This document shows positions 27,548 to 38,801 of a stretch of 38,801 nt of DNA, in pieces. Positions within the stretch are counted from its first letter, which is position 1; each line of letters starts with the position of its first letter. This stretch comes from a virus (Duplodnaviria; Heunggongvirae; Uroviricota; Caudoviricetes), in IMG/VR virus record IMGVR_UViG_3300025602_000002, positions 166,718-205,518 of that record; one strand, given 5' to 3'. The notes under the pieces were generated by a model, which saw only the letters and a list, made by a program, of their open reading frames with translations, was not told where the DNA came from and did not search any database. Both the position numbers and the translations under genes were made by a program.

Positions 27548-28329
27548 TGCTTACTTTAACTTCTTTAGATATAACGTCTTATGATATAGACGCTCTGACT
27601 TTAACTTGAGCTTTTTCAGACGTAAGTGCTTCTGGATTTAGCATTAGTGTTTATAGAAGCGAAGCGCCCAGTAGTGACATTACTGAGTATGATTTAATAG
27701 CTTCAGGAGTAACAGCTTCTGGTTTTTCTTATTCAGATACTTCTGTAGAAAAATTATATGATCCACAACGTACCTGGTATTATAAATTAAAGATAATAGA
27801 TTTATCAGATTTATCTTCGTCTATAGCACCAGCTACCCCAGCTTATTTAGATGACACTTCAACTCATAAAGTTTTTAGACGAGTAAAAGCTCTAAAAGAA
27901 AAGGCTTTAAGAGTAGGTGGGGGCAGAACTATATACATATTAAAAAGAAGAACTTGAGGGACACATTGTCCGGATTGTTACAATAGTACGTTAGGAAGAC
28001 AAACTGAAAACGAATGTTTAACCTGCTTTAATACAGGATGAACAGGTGGATATTATGACCCAATAACTATAACGGGTATGATAAATCCAGCACCACAATT
28101 TAATCAAATAACAATGTTTGGAGAGTTTATGCCGAGTGACTGTGTTTTAAACATGCTAAATTATCCCCCATTGAGACCTAAAGATGTTGTAGTCGAAACT
28201 ACTAATCAAAGATGAATAGTTAGACAAGTACGACCTTTAGAATTTCAAGGAACTTTATTAGAGCAAACAGTACATCTTAGCAGAATACTTCCAGACGACA
28301 CCATTTACGATAAAATATGAGCTTGGTAG
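27547..28329 (+). CDS. FN3-like plus Zn-finger head-closure-like protein (absent from track)
   Basis: LTLT(W)...WYYKLK FN3-like N-terminus; CPDC...CLTCFNTG(W)TGGY; four internal TGA plus an ambiguous terminal TGA at 28318 (ends at 28320 if stop). Confidence 0.75.
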
Positions 28330-28712
28330 AAGAAGTAGCCTTATTAGACGATTTTAATACAGGCAGATTAAAATGAAATAGAAGCCTAGTAGCTTTAGAA
28401 GGCGGTATTGATTCGATAAGTACAGCTAATGCGTGGTCTCAAAATTTAGATACGGTCTCAGGACAGTATGTATCTGGAGACTCATATTTGCTGATTAGCG
28501 GCTCTTTTATGCATTCTGAGTTCCACACTAGCGGTATTGTTAATGATACCGGAGAATGAGCTTTATACGTTAACTCTCTACGAGTTCCTCCAACCGATAT
28601 AACTTCAATGATAAATAATGCATTAGGAATATTAATTCAACTAAACACCACAGCGCTAGGATATAGCATCGATGCGACTGATGAATTTCTACTATGAGGA
28701 CCGGTAATATAA
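28317..28712 (+). CDS. Hypothetical virion protein (131 aa, 3 TGA=Trp; absent from track)
   Basis: Open frame from ATG 28317 to TAA 28710 filling the gap before the next gene. Confidence 0.7.
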
Positions 28713-28718
28713 TACTAA

Positions 28719-31700
28719 ATGAATATATATGGTCACACTTCCTTTGTCGGGCAAACTGGCTATGCCGCTCATGCTCGTGGATTTTTTAGAGCTTTAAATA
28801 ACTACTTACCAGTTAAATTAAGAAATTTTTCTGTAGGGCCTTCCTGAGATGGAGTATCTGATCGTCCTCATGAAAAGGAAACATATCTAACAGACATTGA
28901 TAAAGAAATGTTCATTAGGCAGACTTGTGACGAAGGTATGGATAGTGGGGTGTACAAAGGTATAGATTTTGAGATGTATAACGGAGTCGGAACTCTTCCT
29001 CCAGAAAATCCTGTTAACATAATTTTATCAGAAACAAACCACCATTACTGATTCGAAAATAGTTATCCCGGCTACAACATAGGCTATAATGTCTGAGAAA
29101 GCACTTTATATCCAAATGAGTTTTTTGAAGCACTATTACGAAATGAAATGTTATGAGTACCCACTAAATGGCAACGCGACTGTAGTATCGCCCAAGGATA
29201 CCCTGCTGATAGAGTATTTGTAGTTCCGGAGGCTGTGGACACCTCAATCTTTAACGTTAGTTCTGGAAAAAGACCAGACGAGTTTAAAGACGACCGATAT
29301 AAGTTTGTATTATTTGGCAGATGGGATCATAGAAAATCTACAACAGAAATTTTAAGAGCTTTTAGTGAAGAATTTGGTGCAAATGAACCTATCGATCTGG
29401 TGTGTTCTATCGAGAATCCCCACTCGGTGGATGGAATGAATTCTACTAAAGAACGTTTAGCTTTTCATAAAATAGAACATCCAAATATTAAAATTATACC
29501 TTTTTTACCTAGAAAAGATTACATTAATTATCTTAAATATGGAGATTGTTTTGTATCTTGCGCTAGATCGGAAGGGTGGAACTTACCCTTAATAGAAGCT
29601 ATTGCTTCTGGAATTCCCACCATATGCTCAAGCCATCCGGCACAATTAGATTTTGCGGGAGGAATCTCCCAACAAGTAAGGACTATAGATCAAAGACCTA
29701 TGAAGCCTTTTATGTTTGCTACAGAAGGAGTAGGATTATGAGATGAGCCTGACTTCGACCACTTAAAGGAAATAATGAGAAGCACTTATGAAAATAGAAA
29801 TATAAATAAGGGCCAGGCACTTCTTAAAGCTCCTAGAGTCAATAAATTTAGTTGACAGAATGCGGCATTAACTGCTGTTGATATATTAAATAATAATGTA
29901 AATGAAAATTATTATAAAGATTTTGGAAATTATATTACAGCTATAAAAAGTAATAATACTCCATTAATAAAAATAAATGGACCTATAAAAAAGCAATATA
30001 CTGTTGAATTTCTTGAAGATAATAAAGAAGTATATAAAGCAGAATTATCAAATGAAGATTCTTGGGCGTCTAGTTTTCCTATTTCAAAAGATACAAAAAT
30101 TAGGATAAATGGCGAAGATCAATTTTTGCTTGATAAGGTATCAAATAAAATACAAAGTACTGCTGCAAAATTAGGAGCGTATGTAGTAGGCGGTGATCTC
30201 AAATATATGCCTTATGTAGAGGCGTGTGTAAAAAGTTTATTAGAATTTTCAAAACTCCCAATAATTGTTTATGGATTTAATTGTGAAGTACCCTTTTCAT
30301 ATTCGAGAGTAATAAATAAAAAAATAGAATATTCTGGAGGCAAAGTAAACCAGGTAGGTCATGTAGATAGCCAAAACTATTTTGCTAGAATAGCGGCTGC
30401 ATTAGAAACTACAAAAAATGATGAATTTGATTATTATATTTTTTTAGATGGAGATATGGTAGTGTCGGAAAATATAGACCATCTTAATACTTATGTAGAT
30501 AAACTAAAACATTATCCACTATGTATGAGATATAGATACCCCTCTTTATTACATTTTAGAGAGGATGGGGATGGGCGAAGAGAAAAGAAGCATGGAGAAG
30601 AGCTTTGCGAACTATACGGGTGAGATACCGGTAATTTACCATATAGCGGTCACACAGTGGCCACAGGTATATTTATGTATGATAAAAGATCTCAACGTTT
30701 TTTTGAAGAAGTTCTCCGAGAAGAGGCTTATATAAGGAACATTAGTAATACAGATTCAGATGGTAAAATTTTTGTAGATGACACGGCATGCTCTGAAGAA
30801 CGAATTATTAACATGTTATTTTGAAAATATAAATATGACGAGTTTCTTCCTATAACTTGAATTTCTCCACATGACAATGTTATGGGCTTTAGCCAGGGGC
30901 ATATAGCCTCCTTAAATTATTCTTCTATGTTTTTTATGGAGAATTGGCCCAAAGAAATGGATGAGATTTACCCAAAAAGCGAAGCTAATATACTAGCGTA
31001 TCATCCAGAAATCGATAACAAAAATCCTAATACTGCTTCAAAAGTATTGAGGTTTCTTAAAAAAATTAAGAAAGAGATTGTAGTTATAAGCTCTTATACT
31101 GATACCGCTAGTAAAGAAAAATTATTAAAAGAACGCATAGCGCAAATTAAGGGGTTTGGATACGATATATTATTATCAACCCACTATGATGTTCCTCAGG
31201 AGATAAAAGATGAAGTAGATCACTATGTGTATGATCCAAATAATGAAATATTTGAAACTCCTGAATTTTTTTGAGGAGATCTTTCTGGAGTTTATTTTGA
31301 AACTTTTTATAGTAAAAATAAAAATCATTCTTATGCAGCGTTTACATTATTTAAAAATGCCTTTAATTACTGTAAAAACTTAGAGGTTGATACTATACAT
31401 TTTTTAAATTATGATGTTTTGTTAAAATACAATCCTTTCATTAAATTTAGAACTCTATTAAAGACCACTAATAGTTCAGGATGTTTTATTACAAGTCAAT
31501 CAAACGAAGACAATATAACTTTTGAAAATGTTAGAGTTCTTATGTTTTCAGTTACCACTAAATTTAAAGGATTTGAGGGAATAGATTCTTTACAAGAATA
31601 CTTAGAGCTTTCAGAAAGACAATTGGAGAAGTGACTTTATGAGCGTTTTAGAATGCAAAATATCTGAGATGATATTATAAAATTAGATGAAAAAACAGAA

Positions 31701-34631
31701 GCTTCTCAATATACAATAAAGGATTCCATAAGCTTGACAACTTATAAAGTTAATTTATTTGAAAAAAATAAAAATTTATTGGCCCTAATTTTTAGAGAAA
31801 GATTAGATGATAATGAAGTATTATTTAAATACACTTGCTATGAGGATACTAGAGATGTATTGGAGAGAGAGGCGCATATTAAATTTGAAACAGATAGTAA
31901 AGTGGTGGTGATTAATTTAGGAAATTTAAAAGATGTTAAGAATATTAGTCTTTTAGATTCTCATAATGGTGTGGAAATAACTAAGGAACTAGACGAAAAA
32001 ACTTTATCTGAAATAGAAAATAATATAATTAGGTTAGAAAAAGAAGTAGAAATGGTGGATCTAACAAGAAATGATATATTACAAGCTATAGAAGATAATA
32101 AACCTTTAAAAGAAGTAGTGGCTATTTTAGCCTATACTAACACCAAAGAAAAAATAGATGTTTTAAAAAAATGTATAAAGCGAATTAAGGAATTCGGATA
32201 TGATATTTTGTTAGTAACACACTACCCAGTTAGTTTAGAAATACAAAAATCTGTAGAACATTATGTATATGATAGTAACAATGAAATTATAGAAATCCCG
32301 GTTACTTTTTGATTTGATAACGAAGATTATTTTGTTAAATCTGTAAATCATGAAACTCCAAATCATTCTTATGCAGTATTTTCATTATTTAAAAATGCAG
32401 AAGTATACTGTAAATCACGAGATATAGACATAATTCATTTTTTAAACTACGATATGATTCCGCAAAAGGATTTATTTAAAATTCATAAAGAAGATTTAGG
32501 TAAAGGCGCTCATGGCTCATTTTACTACTATGATACAGATGAGGATTCTTTTGCTATGACATTTTTTTCAATTTCTAAAAATTTTACGGCGTTCAATAAT
32601 ATAAATAATTCCCAGCAATATTTTAAGGCTTCTTCTTCAAGAGATGGGGATTCTAGACTGTATCTAGAGCCTTGGATTTATGATCTTATTATTAAAACAG
32701 AGGGAGAGTCTAATCTAAAAATAAGAAAATATATAGATGTAGAAAAGGATTATGGAGTTAAGAATTTAATTACTGATGGAGCTCTTAATATATATGGATT
32801 TGTATATAAGAAAGAATTTAGGTTAGTATTAGGTAAACCAAATATTACTGATGATTCTAAATATTTGTTAAAATATAATGGTAAGGAAATTAATTTAGAT
32901 TTTTCAGGTTCTAAATTTTTTCATCATAATTTGGGATTAAGTTCTAAACTAAATAAATATCAAATATATAAAGATGGTAAATTATTCAAGAATGAGCTAG
33001 TTACAAAAGATTACAAAAAAAGAATAGAAAAATATAACACATTTGTCGTGAAGGCTGATACTAAACTTCCTAATAAGTTGATGATAGTAGCTCACCCGGA
33101 CGACGAACTTATTTTTGGAGGATACGACTTATTAAAAGACCCTGAAGATTGAAAAGTTATATCAGTAACGGGAAAAAGTAATCCAATTAGAGCGTATGAG
33201 TTTAGCAAAGCTATGGAAACTTTAGGAGTAGGAGAATATGCTTTATGAGATTTTCCTGACTCTTTATATGATAAATTTGATGAAAAATATTTAAGAAAAT
33301 TTATATTAGGTGAAACTTCTAGAAGATATTATAAAAAAATAGTAACTCATAATTCTAACGGAGAGTACGGGCATGTACAGCATAAATCTCTTCATGATGC
33401 TATGATAGAAATTAGTCCTAGAAATTTATATACTTTCTCGATAGGAGATAAAACTAAAATATATCCTTTAGAAGAAAAAAGAAAATTACTTGAAGTTTAT
33501 GAGAGTGAGGAAACAGAATTGCCTGGTTATTTAGATTATCTTTATTACGGGGAATCAACTTCTATATTAAATGGAAATATATCAGTTGACCATAATTTTG
33601 TAGATGGACCATTTGTAGAATTGTGAGGATCAGAATCTGACCATACTTATGATATAAAATTTATTGATCAAGATTTAGAAGAGGTTGTATATGAGAAAAT
33701 TGGAGTATCTGCTAATAGCTGAATTAAAGCAAGTAGAGTATATTTTACCAATTATATGATTACGGTACATAAAGGTGAAGAATTAGTGAACCAATACGCT
33801 TTTAATTGTGATAATAAACGAGTATTAATTGCGTTAGATAGCAGCTCTCTAGGAGATACTTTGGCTTGAATACCCTATGTTCAAAAGTTTAAAGAAAAAC
33901 ATAATTGCGAAGTAATAGTGTCTACATTCCATAATCATTTGCTTGATTATCCAGAATTAAAGTTTATTAGTCCGGGAACTACTGTTGACAATTTATACGC
34001 AAGCTATGTAGTAGGTATTAGAGAAGATGATGATTTCCTTCATAAAAGAAATCCATTTTCAATTCCTTTACAAGAGGTTGCTTGTGATATTTTAGGTCTC
34101 GAGTATGAAGAACTATTACCGCAAATGGCTAAGATTAAAGGACATACTGATATTGACGGTCCTTATGTATGTCTAGCGGCCCACTCCACAGCTCAGTGTA
34201 AATATTGAAATTATCCTGGAGGATGGCAAACTGTGGTAGACTATTTAAATTCAAAAGGTTATAAAGTAGTAGTTATAAGTAAAGAAGAAAGTGAATTAAA
34301 TGGCATAATCGACAAAACTAACTTGAATCTTACTGAAACAATGCGTATATTGAAACATGCTACATTCTTTATGGGATTGAGTTCAGGATTAGCTTGGCTA
34401 GCTTGAGCGTTAAAGGTGCCAGTATTAATGATTTCCGGCTTTACAGCGCCTTGGTATGAATTTAAATGTGTTAGAATGCATAAAGACACAGTATGTCATA
34501 ATTGTTTTAATGAGGAAAAATTTGATAGAGGCGATTGAAATTGATGTCCTAGAGGAAAGAATTTCGAGTGCTCTTCAAGTATTTTACCAGAGGAGGTAAT
34601 TAATACTATTTATGAAAATTGAAATATCTAA
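28719..34631 (+). CDS. Giant multidomain glycosylation protein (1970 aa, 23 TGA=Trp): GT4 + GT-A-like + duplicated domain + PIG-L-like deacetylase + TibC/GT9-like heptosyltransferase
   Basis: Eight track ORFs in one frame with no TAA/TAG between 28719 and 34629 (gaps checked codon by codon); NV(W)ES, GRWDHRKS, RSEGWNLPLIEA, FS(W); FLDGD; AHPDDE and THN..GEYGHVQH; SLGDTLA(W)IPY, GLSSGLAWLA(W), CHNC. Confidence 0.85.
31071..32453 (+). repeat. Duplicated 115-aa domain within the glycosylation protein
   Basis: 31071-31415 and 32109-32453 share GYDILL.THY, HYVYD.NNEI, F(W), NHSYA.F.LFKNA, IHFLNYD. Confidence 0.85.
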
Positions 34632-34992
34632 TGGAGAATTAATAGATAAGCTATCTATTCTTCAATTAAAAACTGAGAATTTTACTGACCCAGAAAAGAT
34701 TAAAAATGTACAAACAGAATTTGAGGCTTTACAACATAGCGTTGTAGAGCTATTGAATTTCTCATTGGATTCTGAAAGTTATATGAATCTTTATAATTGT
34801 AATGCAGAGCTATGGGATATAGAGGACCAACTGCGTAGAAAAGAACAATTAAAAGAGTTTGATGAGGAATTTATAAAATTAGCGCGAGCAGTGTATTACA
34901 CTAATGACACTAGAGCTAATTTAAAAAAAATAATTAACAACGAAACCAACTCTATGTTTATTGAGGAAAAAGAATACGTAAACTATAACTAG
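34612..34992 (+). CDS. DUF6165-like protein
   Basis: MKIEISNGELIDKLSILQLK...NAELWDIEDQLR...LARAVYYTNDTRA..K..IN. Confidence 0.75.
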   Translation: MKIEISNGELIDKLSILQLKTENFTDPEKIKNVQTEFEALQHSVVELLNFSLDSESYMNLYNCNAELWDIEDQLRRKEQLKEFDEEFIKLARAVYYTNDTRANLKKIINNETNSMFIEEKEYVNYN

Positions 34993-35006
34993 TTTGGAGA
35001 CCCCGC

Positions 35007-38000
35007 ATGTCAGGACAAATAAAAGCCAAACAAATATCGGATGTATATAGCCAATCACAGGCTAATGCAACATTTTCAGCAAAATCCCACAACGCATCCG
35101 CCGCACCACCAGCGTCCCCAATAACTGGACAGACTTGGTGAGATTCATCTAATGAAGTATTAAAAACATGAACAGGTAGTACATGAGTAGCCTCTGAAGG
35201 TACCTCAGGTACTTCTGGCTCAAGCGGAGCTAGCGGTGCTAGCGGTACTTCCGGATCAAGCGGAGCTAGCGGTGCTAGCGGTACTTCCGGAACTAGCGGT
35301 ACTTCTGGATCAAGCGGATCAGCAGGTTCAAGCGGATCTTCGGGGACTTCCGGAACTTCTGGAACTTCAGGATCAAGCGGAACTTCAGGATCAAGCGGTA
35401 CGAGTGGTACAAGTGGTACGAGTGGTACTTCAGGTTCAAGCGGTTCAGCAGGTTCAAGCGGTTCAAGCGGTACGAGTGGTACTTCTGGATCAAGCGGGAC
35501 TTCAGGAACTTCAGGATCAAGCGGATCATCAGGATCAAGCGGAACTTCGGGAACTTCTGGTTCAAGCGGGACTTCAGGAACTTCTGGTTCAAGCGGGTCA
35601 GCAGGATCAAGCGGTTCTTCCGGAACTTCCGGATCAAGCGGTACGAGTGGAACTTCAGGATCTTCTGGAGAGAAAGGAGTTACTGGAGATTCAGGATCAA
35701 GTGGATCAAGCGGAACCTCAGGCTCTTCTGGAGCTAAAGGAGACGCTGGAACGAGTGGTTCAAGCGGAACTTCTGGTTCAAGCGGAACTTCAGGATCAAG
35801 CGGTACTGGCGGTACTTCTGGGTCTTCTGGAGGAGTTGGAACGAGCGGTACTTCAGGATCAAGCGGAGCAGCAGGAACTTCAGGTTCAAGTGGAGATACG
35901 GGGGTGCCCGGAGCTTCAGGGTCAAGTGGTTCTTCCGGAACCTCAGGATCAAGCGGTACGAGTGGTACTTCGGGGTCAAGTGGAACTAGCGGTACTAGTG
36001 GTACTTCGGGTTCGAGTGGATCAAGCGGTTCAAGCGGTTCAAGCGGTACGAGTGGTACTTCAGGTTCAAGCGGTACGAGTGGTACTTCAGGTTCAAGCGG
36101 ATCAAGCGGTTCAAGTGGATCAAGCGGTACGAGTGGTACTTCCGGAACTAGCGGAACTTCGGGATCGAGTGGAGCAGCTGGAACTTCAGGAACAAGCGGT
36201 TCAAGCGGAATAGACGGAACTTCCGGGTCAAGTGGTACGAGCGGTATAGGCGGAACTTCCGGATCTTCAGGAGGTGCAGGTACAAGTGGTACTTCTGGAT
36301 TAAGCGGTACGAGTGGTACGAGCGGTTCTTCTGGGACTTCCGGATCAAGCGGGACTTCTGGATCAAGCGGTTCAAGCGGTTCAAGCGGCACAAGCGGTAC
36401 TTCCGGTTTAAGCGGAACGTCAGGTTCAAGCGGTACAAGTGGAACTTCAGGATCAAGCGGAACTTCAGGATTAAGCGGAACTTCAGGATCAAGCGGTACA
36501 AGTGGAACTTCAGGTTCAAGCGGATCAGCAGGATCAAGCGGTTCAAGCGGATCAAGCGGATCAAGCGGTACGAGTGGTACTTCGGGGTCAAGTGGAACTA
36601 GCGGTACGAGCGGTACTTCGGGCTCAAGCGGGGATAGTGGTACGAGTGGTACTTCAGGGTCAAGTGGGACTTCAGGAATTAGCGGTACTTCAGGGTCAAG
36701 TGGGACTTCAGGAATTAGCGGTACTTCAGGATCAAGCGGAACTAGCGGTACTAGCGGTACTTCTGGGTCAAGCGGGACTAGCGGTACTAGCGGTACTTCT
36801 GGGTCAAGCGGGACTGCGGGTACAAGCGGTACTTCTGGATCAAGTGGAACTAGCGGTACAAGTGGAACCTCAGGGTCAAGCGGTTCAAGCGGTTCAAGTG
36901 GAACTAGCGGTTCAAGCGGAACTTCAGGAACTTCTGGAACTTCAGGTTCAAGCGGAACTAGCGGTACGAGTGGTACCTCTGGATCAAGCGGTTCAAGCGG
37001 TTCAAGCGGTGTAAGCGGCACTTCCGGATCAAGCGGTACGAGTGGTACTTCAGGTTCAAGCGGTTCAGCAGGTTCAAGCGGTTCAAGTGGAACTTCAGGA
37101 ACTAGCGGAACTTCAGGATCAAGCGGAACCTCAGGAACTTCAGGATCAAGCGGTACGAGTGGAACTTCGGGATCTTCTGGAGAAAAAGGAGTTATTGGGG
37201 ATTCAGGATCTAGCGGGTCAAGTGGGACCTCGGGCTCTTCTGGAGCGAAAGGAGACGCTGGAACAAGCGGTTCAAGCGGAACTTCCGGAACTAGCGGAAC
37301 TTCAGGTTCAAGCGGTACTGGCGGTACCTCTGGGTCTTCTGGAGGAGTTGGAACTAGCGGAACTTCAGGATCAAGCGGAGCTGCAGGAACTTCCGGTTCA
37401 AGCGGTACTTCCGGTTCAAGCGGAACTTCCGGAACTAGCGGAACTTCGGGTTCAAGTGGAACTTCCGGAACTAGCGGAACCTCAGGATCAAGCGGTATAA
37501 GTGGAACTTCAGGATCAAGCGGTTCAAGCGGTTCAAGCGGATCAAGCGGAACCTCAGGATCAAGCGGTACAAGTGGTACGAGTGGTACTTCAGGTTCAAG
37601 CGGTACGAGTGGTACAAGTGGTACTAGCGGGTCGTCTGGAACTAGCGGGTCAAGTGGAACTTCCGGTTCAAGTGGTACGAGCGGAACCTCAGGATCTTCT
37701 GGAGAAAAAGGGGTTACGGGGGATTCAGGTACAAGCGGCTCAAGTGGAACTAGCGGTACAAGTGGAACTTCAGGATCAAGCGGAACTAGCGGTACGAGTG
37801 GTACTAGCGGGTCATCTGGAACAAGCGGATCAAGCGGAACTTCAGGAACTTCTGGAACTTCAGGATCAAGCGGAACTTCAGGAACTTCTGGAACTTCCGG
37901 GTCAAGCGGAACTTCAGGAACTTCAGGAACTTCAGGTTCAAGTGGATCTGCAGGATCAAGTGGTTCTTCCGGAACTTCAGGATCAAGCGGTACAAGCGGT

Positions 38001-38801
38001 ACTAGTGGTACTTCGGGGTCAAGCGGTACAAGTGGTACGAGTGGTACTTCAGGTTCAAGCGGAACTAGTGGTACTTCTGGGTCAAGCGGTTCAGCAGGTT
38101 CAAGCGGTTCAAGCGGAACCTCTGGTTCAAGTGGTACTTCAGGCTCAAGTGGAACTTCAGGTACAAGCGGAACTTCAGGTTCAAGCGGAACTTCAGGTAC
38201 AAGCGGAACTTCTGGGTCAAGCGGTTCAGCAGGTTCAAGCGGTTCTTCCGGAACCTCAGGTTCAAGCGGTACGAGTGGTACTTCAGGATCAAGCGGTACA
38301 AGTGGAACTTCAGGATCAAGCGGAACTTCAGGATCAAGCGGAACTTCAGGAACTTCAGGATCAAGCGGAACTTCAGGAACTTCAGGTTCTAGCGGAACCT
38401 CCGGGTCAAGTGGAACTTCAGGAACTTCAGGTTCAAGTGGATCGGCAGGTTCAAGCGGTTCAAGCGGAACTTCGGGATCAAGCGGAACTTCAGGAACTTC
38501 AGGTTCAAGCGGTTCAAGCGGATCATCAGGATCAAGCGGAACTTCCGGGTCAAGCGGAACTTCAGGAACTTCAGGTTCAAGCGGATCAGCAGGATCAAGT
38601 GGCTCTTCCGGAACCTCCGGGTCAAGCGGTACGAGTGGAACTTCCGGGTCAAGCGGTACGAGCGGAACCTCCGGATCAAGTGGTTCAAGCGGTTCAAGCG
38701 GTTCAAGCGGTTCAAGCGGTTCAAGCGGAACGTCTGGATCATCTGGTAACACCGGAAATGCAGCCGGACATGTCCAGTACAACTTTGACAGCTCAACAAC
38801 T
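35007..38801 (+). CDS. Collagen-like tail/virion fibre, partial (at least 1265 aa, 3 TGA=Trp)
   Basis: ATG 35007; PASPITGQTW(W)DSSNEVLKT(W)TGST(W) fibre motif, then Gly-X-Y repeat; open at the window end. Confidence 0.88.
35199..38762 (+). repeat. Gly-X-Y repeat, 396 triplets by length, mainly G-S-S and G-T-S
   Basis: 9-nt periodicity (GGN-TCA-AGC, GGA-ACT-TCA); Gly every third codon, mirrored by Pro every third residue in the antisense shadow ORF. Confidence 0.95.

Noticed and set aside
26338-34631. Decayed prophage or pseudogene interpretation of the fragmented region
   Set aside because: Every interruption is TGA; there are no TAA/TAG breaks or frameshifts over 5.9 kb, and junction overlaps are precise
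34958-38782. 1274-aa minus-strand Pro/Leu/Glu/Val ORF in the track
   Set aside because: Antisense shadow of the Gly-X-Y repeat; the + frame has a real start, a fibre motif and the cluster orientation
35236-38799. Other short ORFs in alternative frames of the repeat
   Set aside because: By-products of the 9-nt periodic sequence
6259-38801. TGA as Gly (code 25) or selenocysteine
   Set aside because: TGA aligns with conserved Trp motifs in several unrelated families, not with Gly or catalytic Cys positions

Overview
Segment of a large, AT-rich tailed dsDNA phage genome. The main result is that the supplied ORF track uses the wrong genetic code for most of the window. From 6259 to the right end, TGA has to be read as Trp. 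About 66 in-frame TGA codons (my manual count) fall at conserved Trp positions, and reading through them joins the fragments into genes that abut by TAATG or ATGnnTAA overlaps. The left arm (1-6124) has small, mostly minus-strand genes, uses TGG for Trp, appears to use TGA as a stop, carries a repeated GGGTATAAGA motif and holds a tRNA-Trp(CCA). The + strand holds, in order: (i) 12 basic proteins, all but possibly one carrying a DKAxx(I/V)FxK(Y/L/I/W)A tag, fused to different cargo (a single mitochondrial-carrier repeat, two kinase-like proteins, an SF2 helicase, a DUF5662-like plus HExxH fusion); (ii) a LigD phosphoesterase-like gene, a nucleotidyltransferase, ribosomal protein bS21 and the large terminase; (iii) the head module (protease, scaffold, capsid); (iv) neck-like genes; (v) a 1970-aa multi-glycosyltransferase/deacetylase protein, a DUF6165-like gene and a Pro-poor Gly-Ser/Thr collagen-like fibre that runs off the window. 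All family assignments come from motif recognition by eye. No database search was run.
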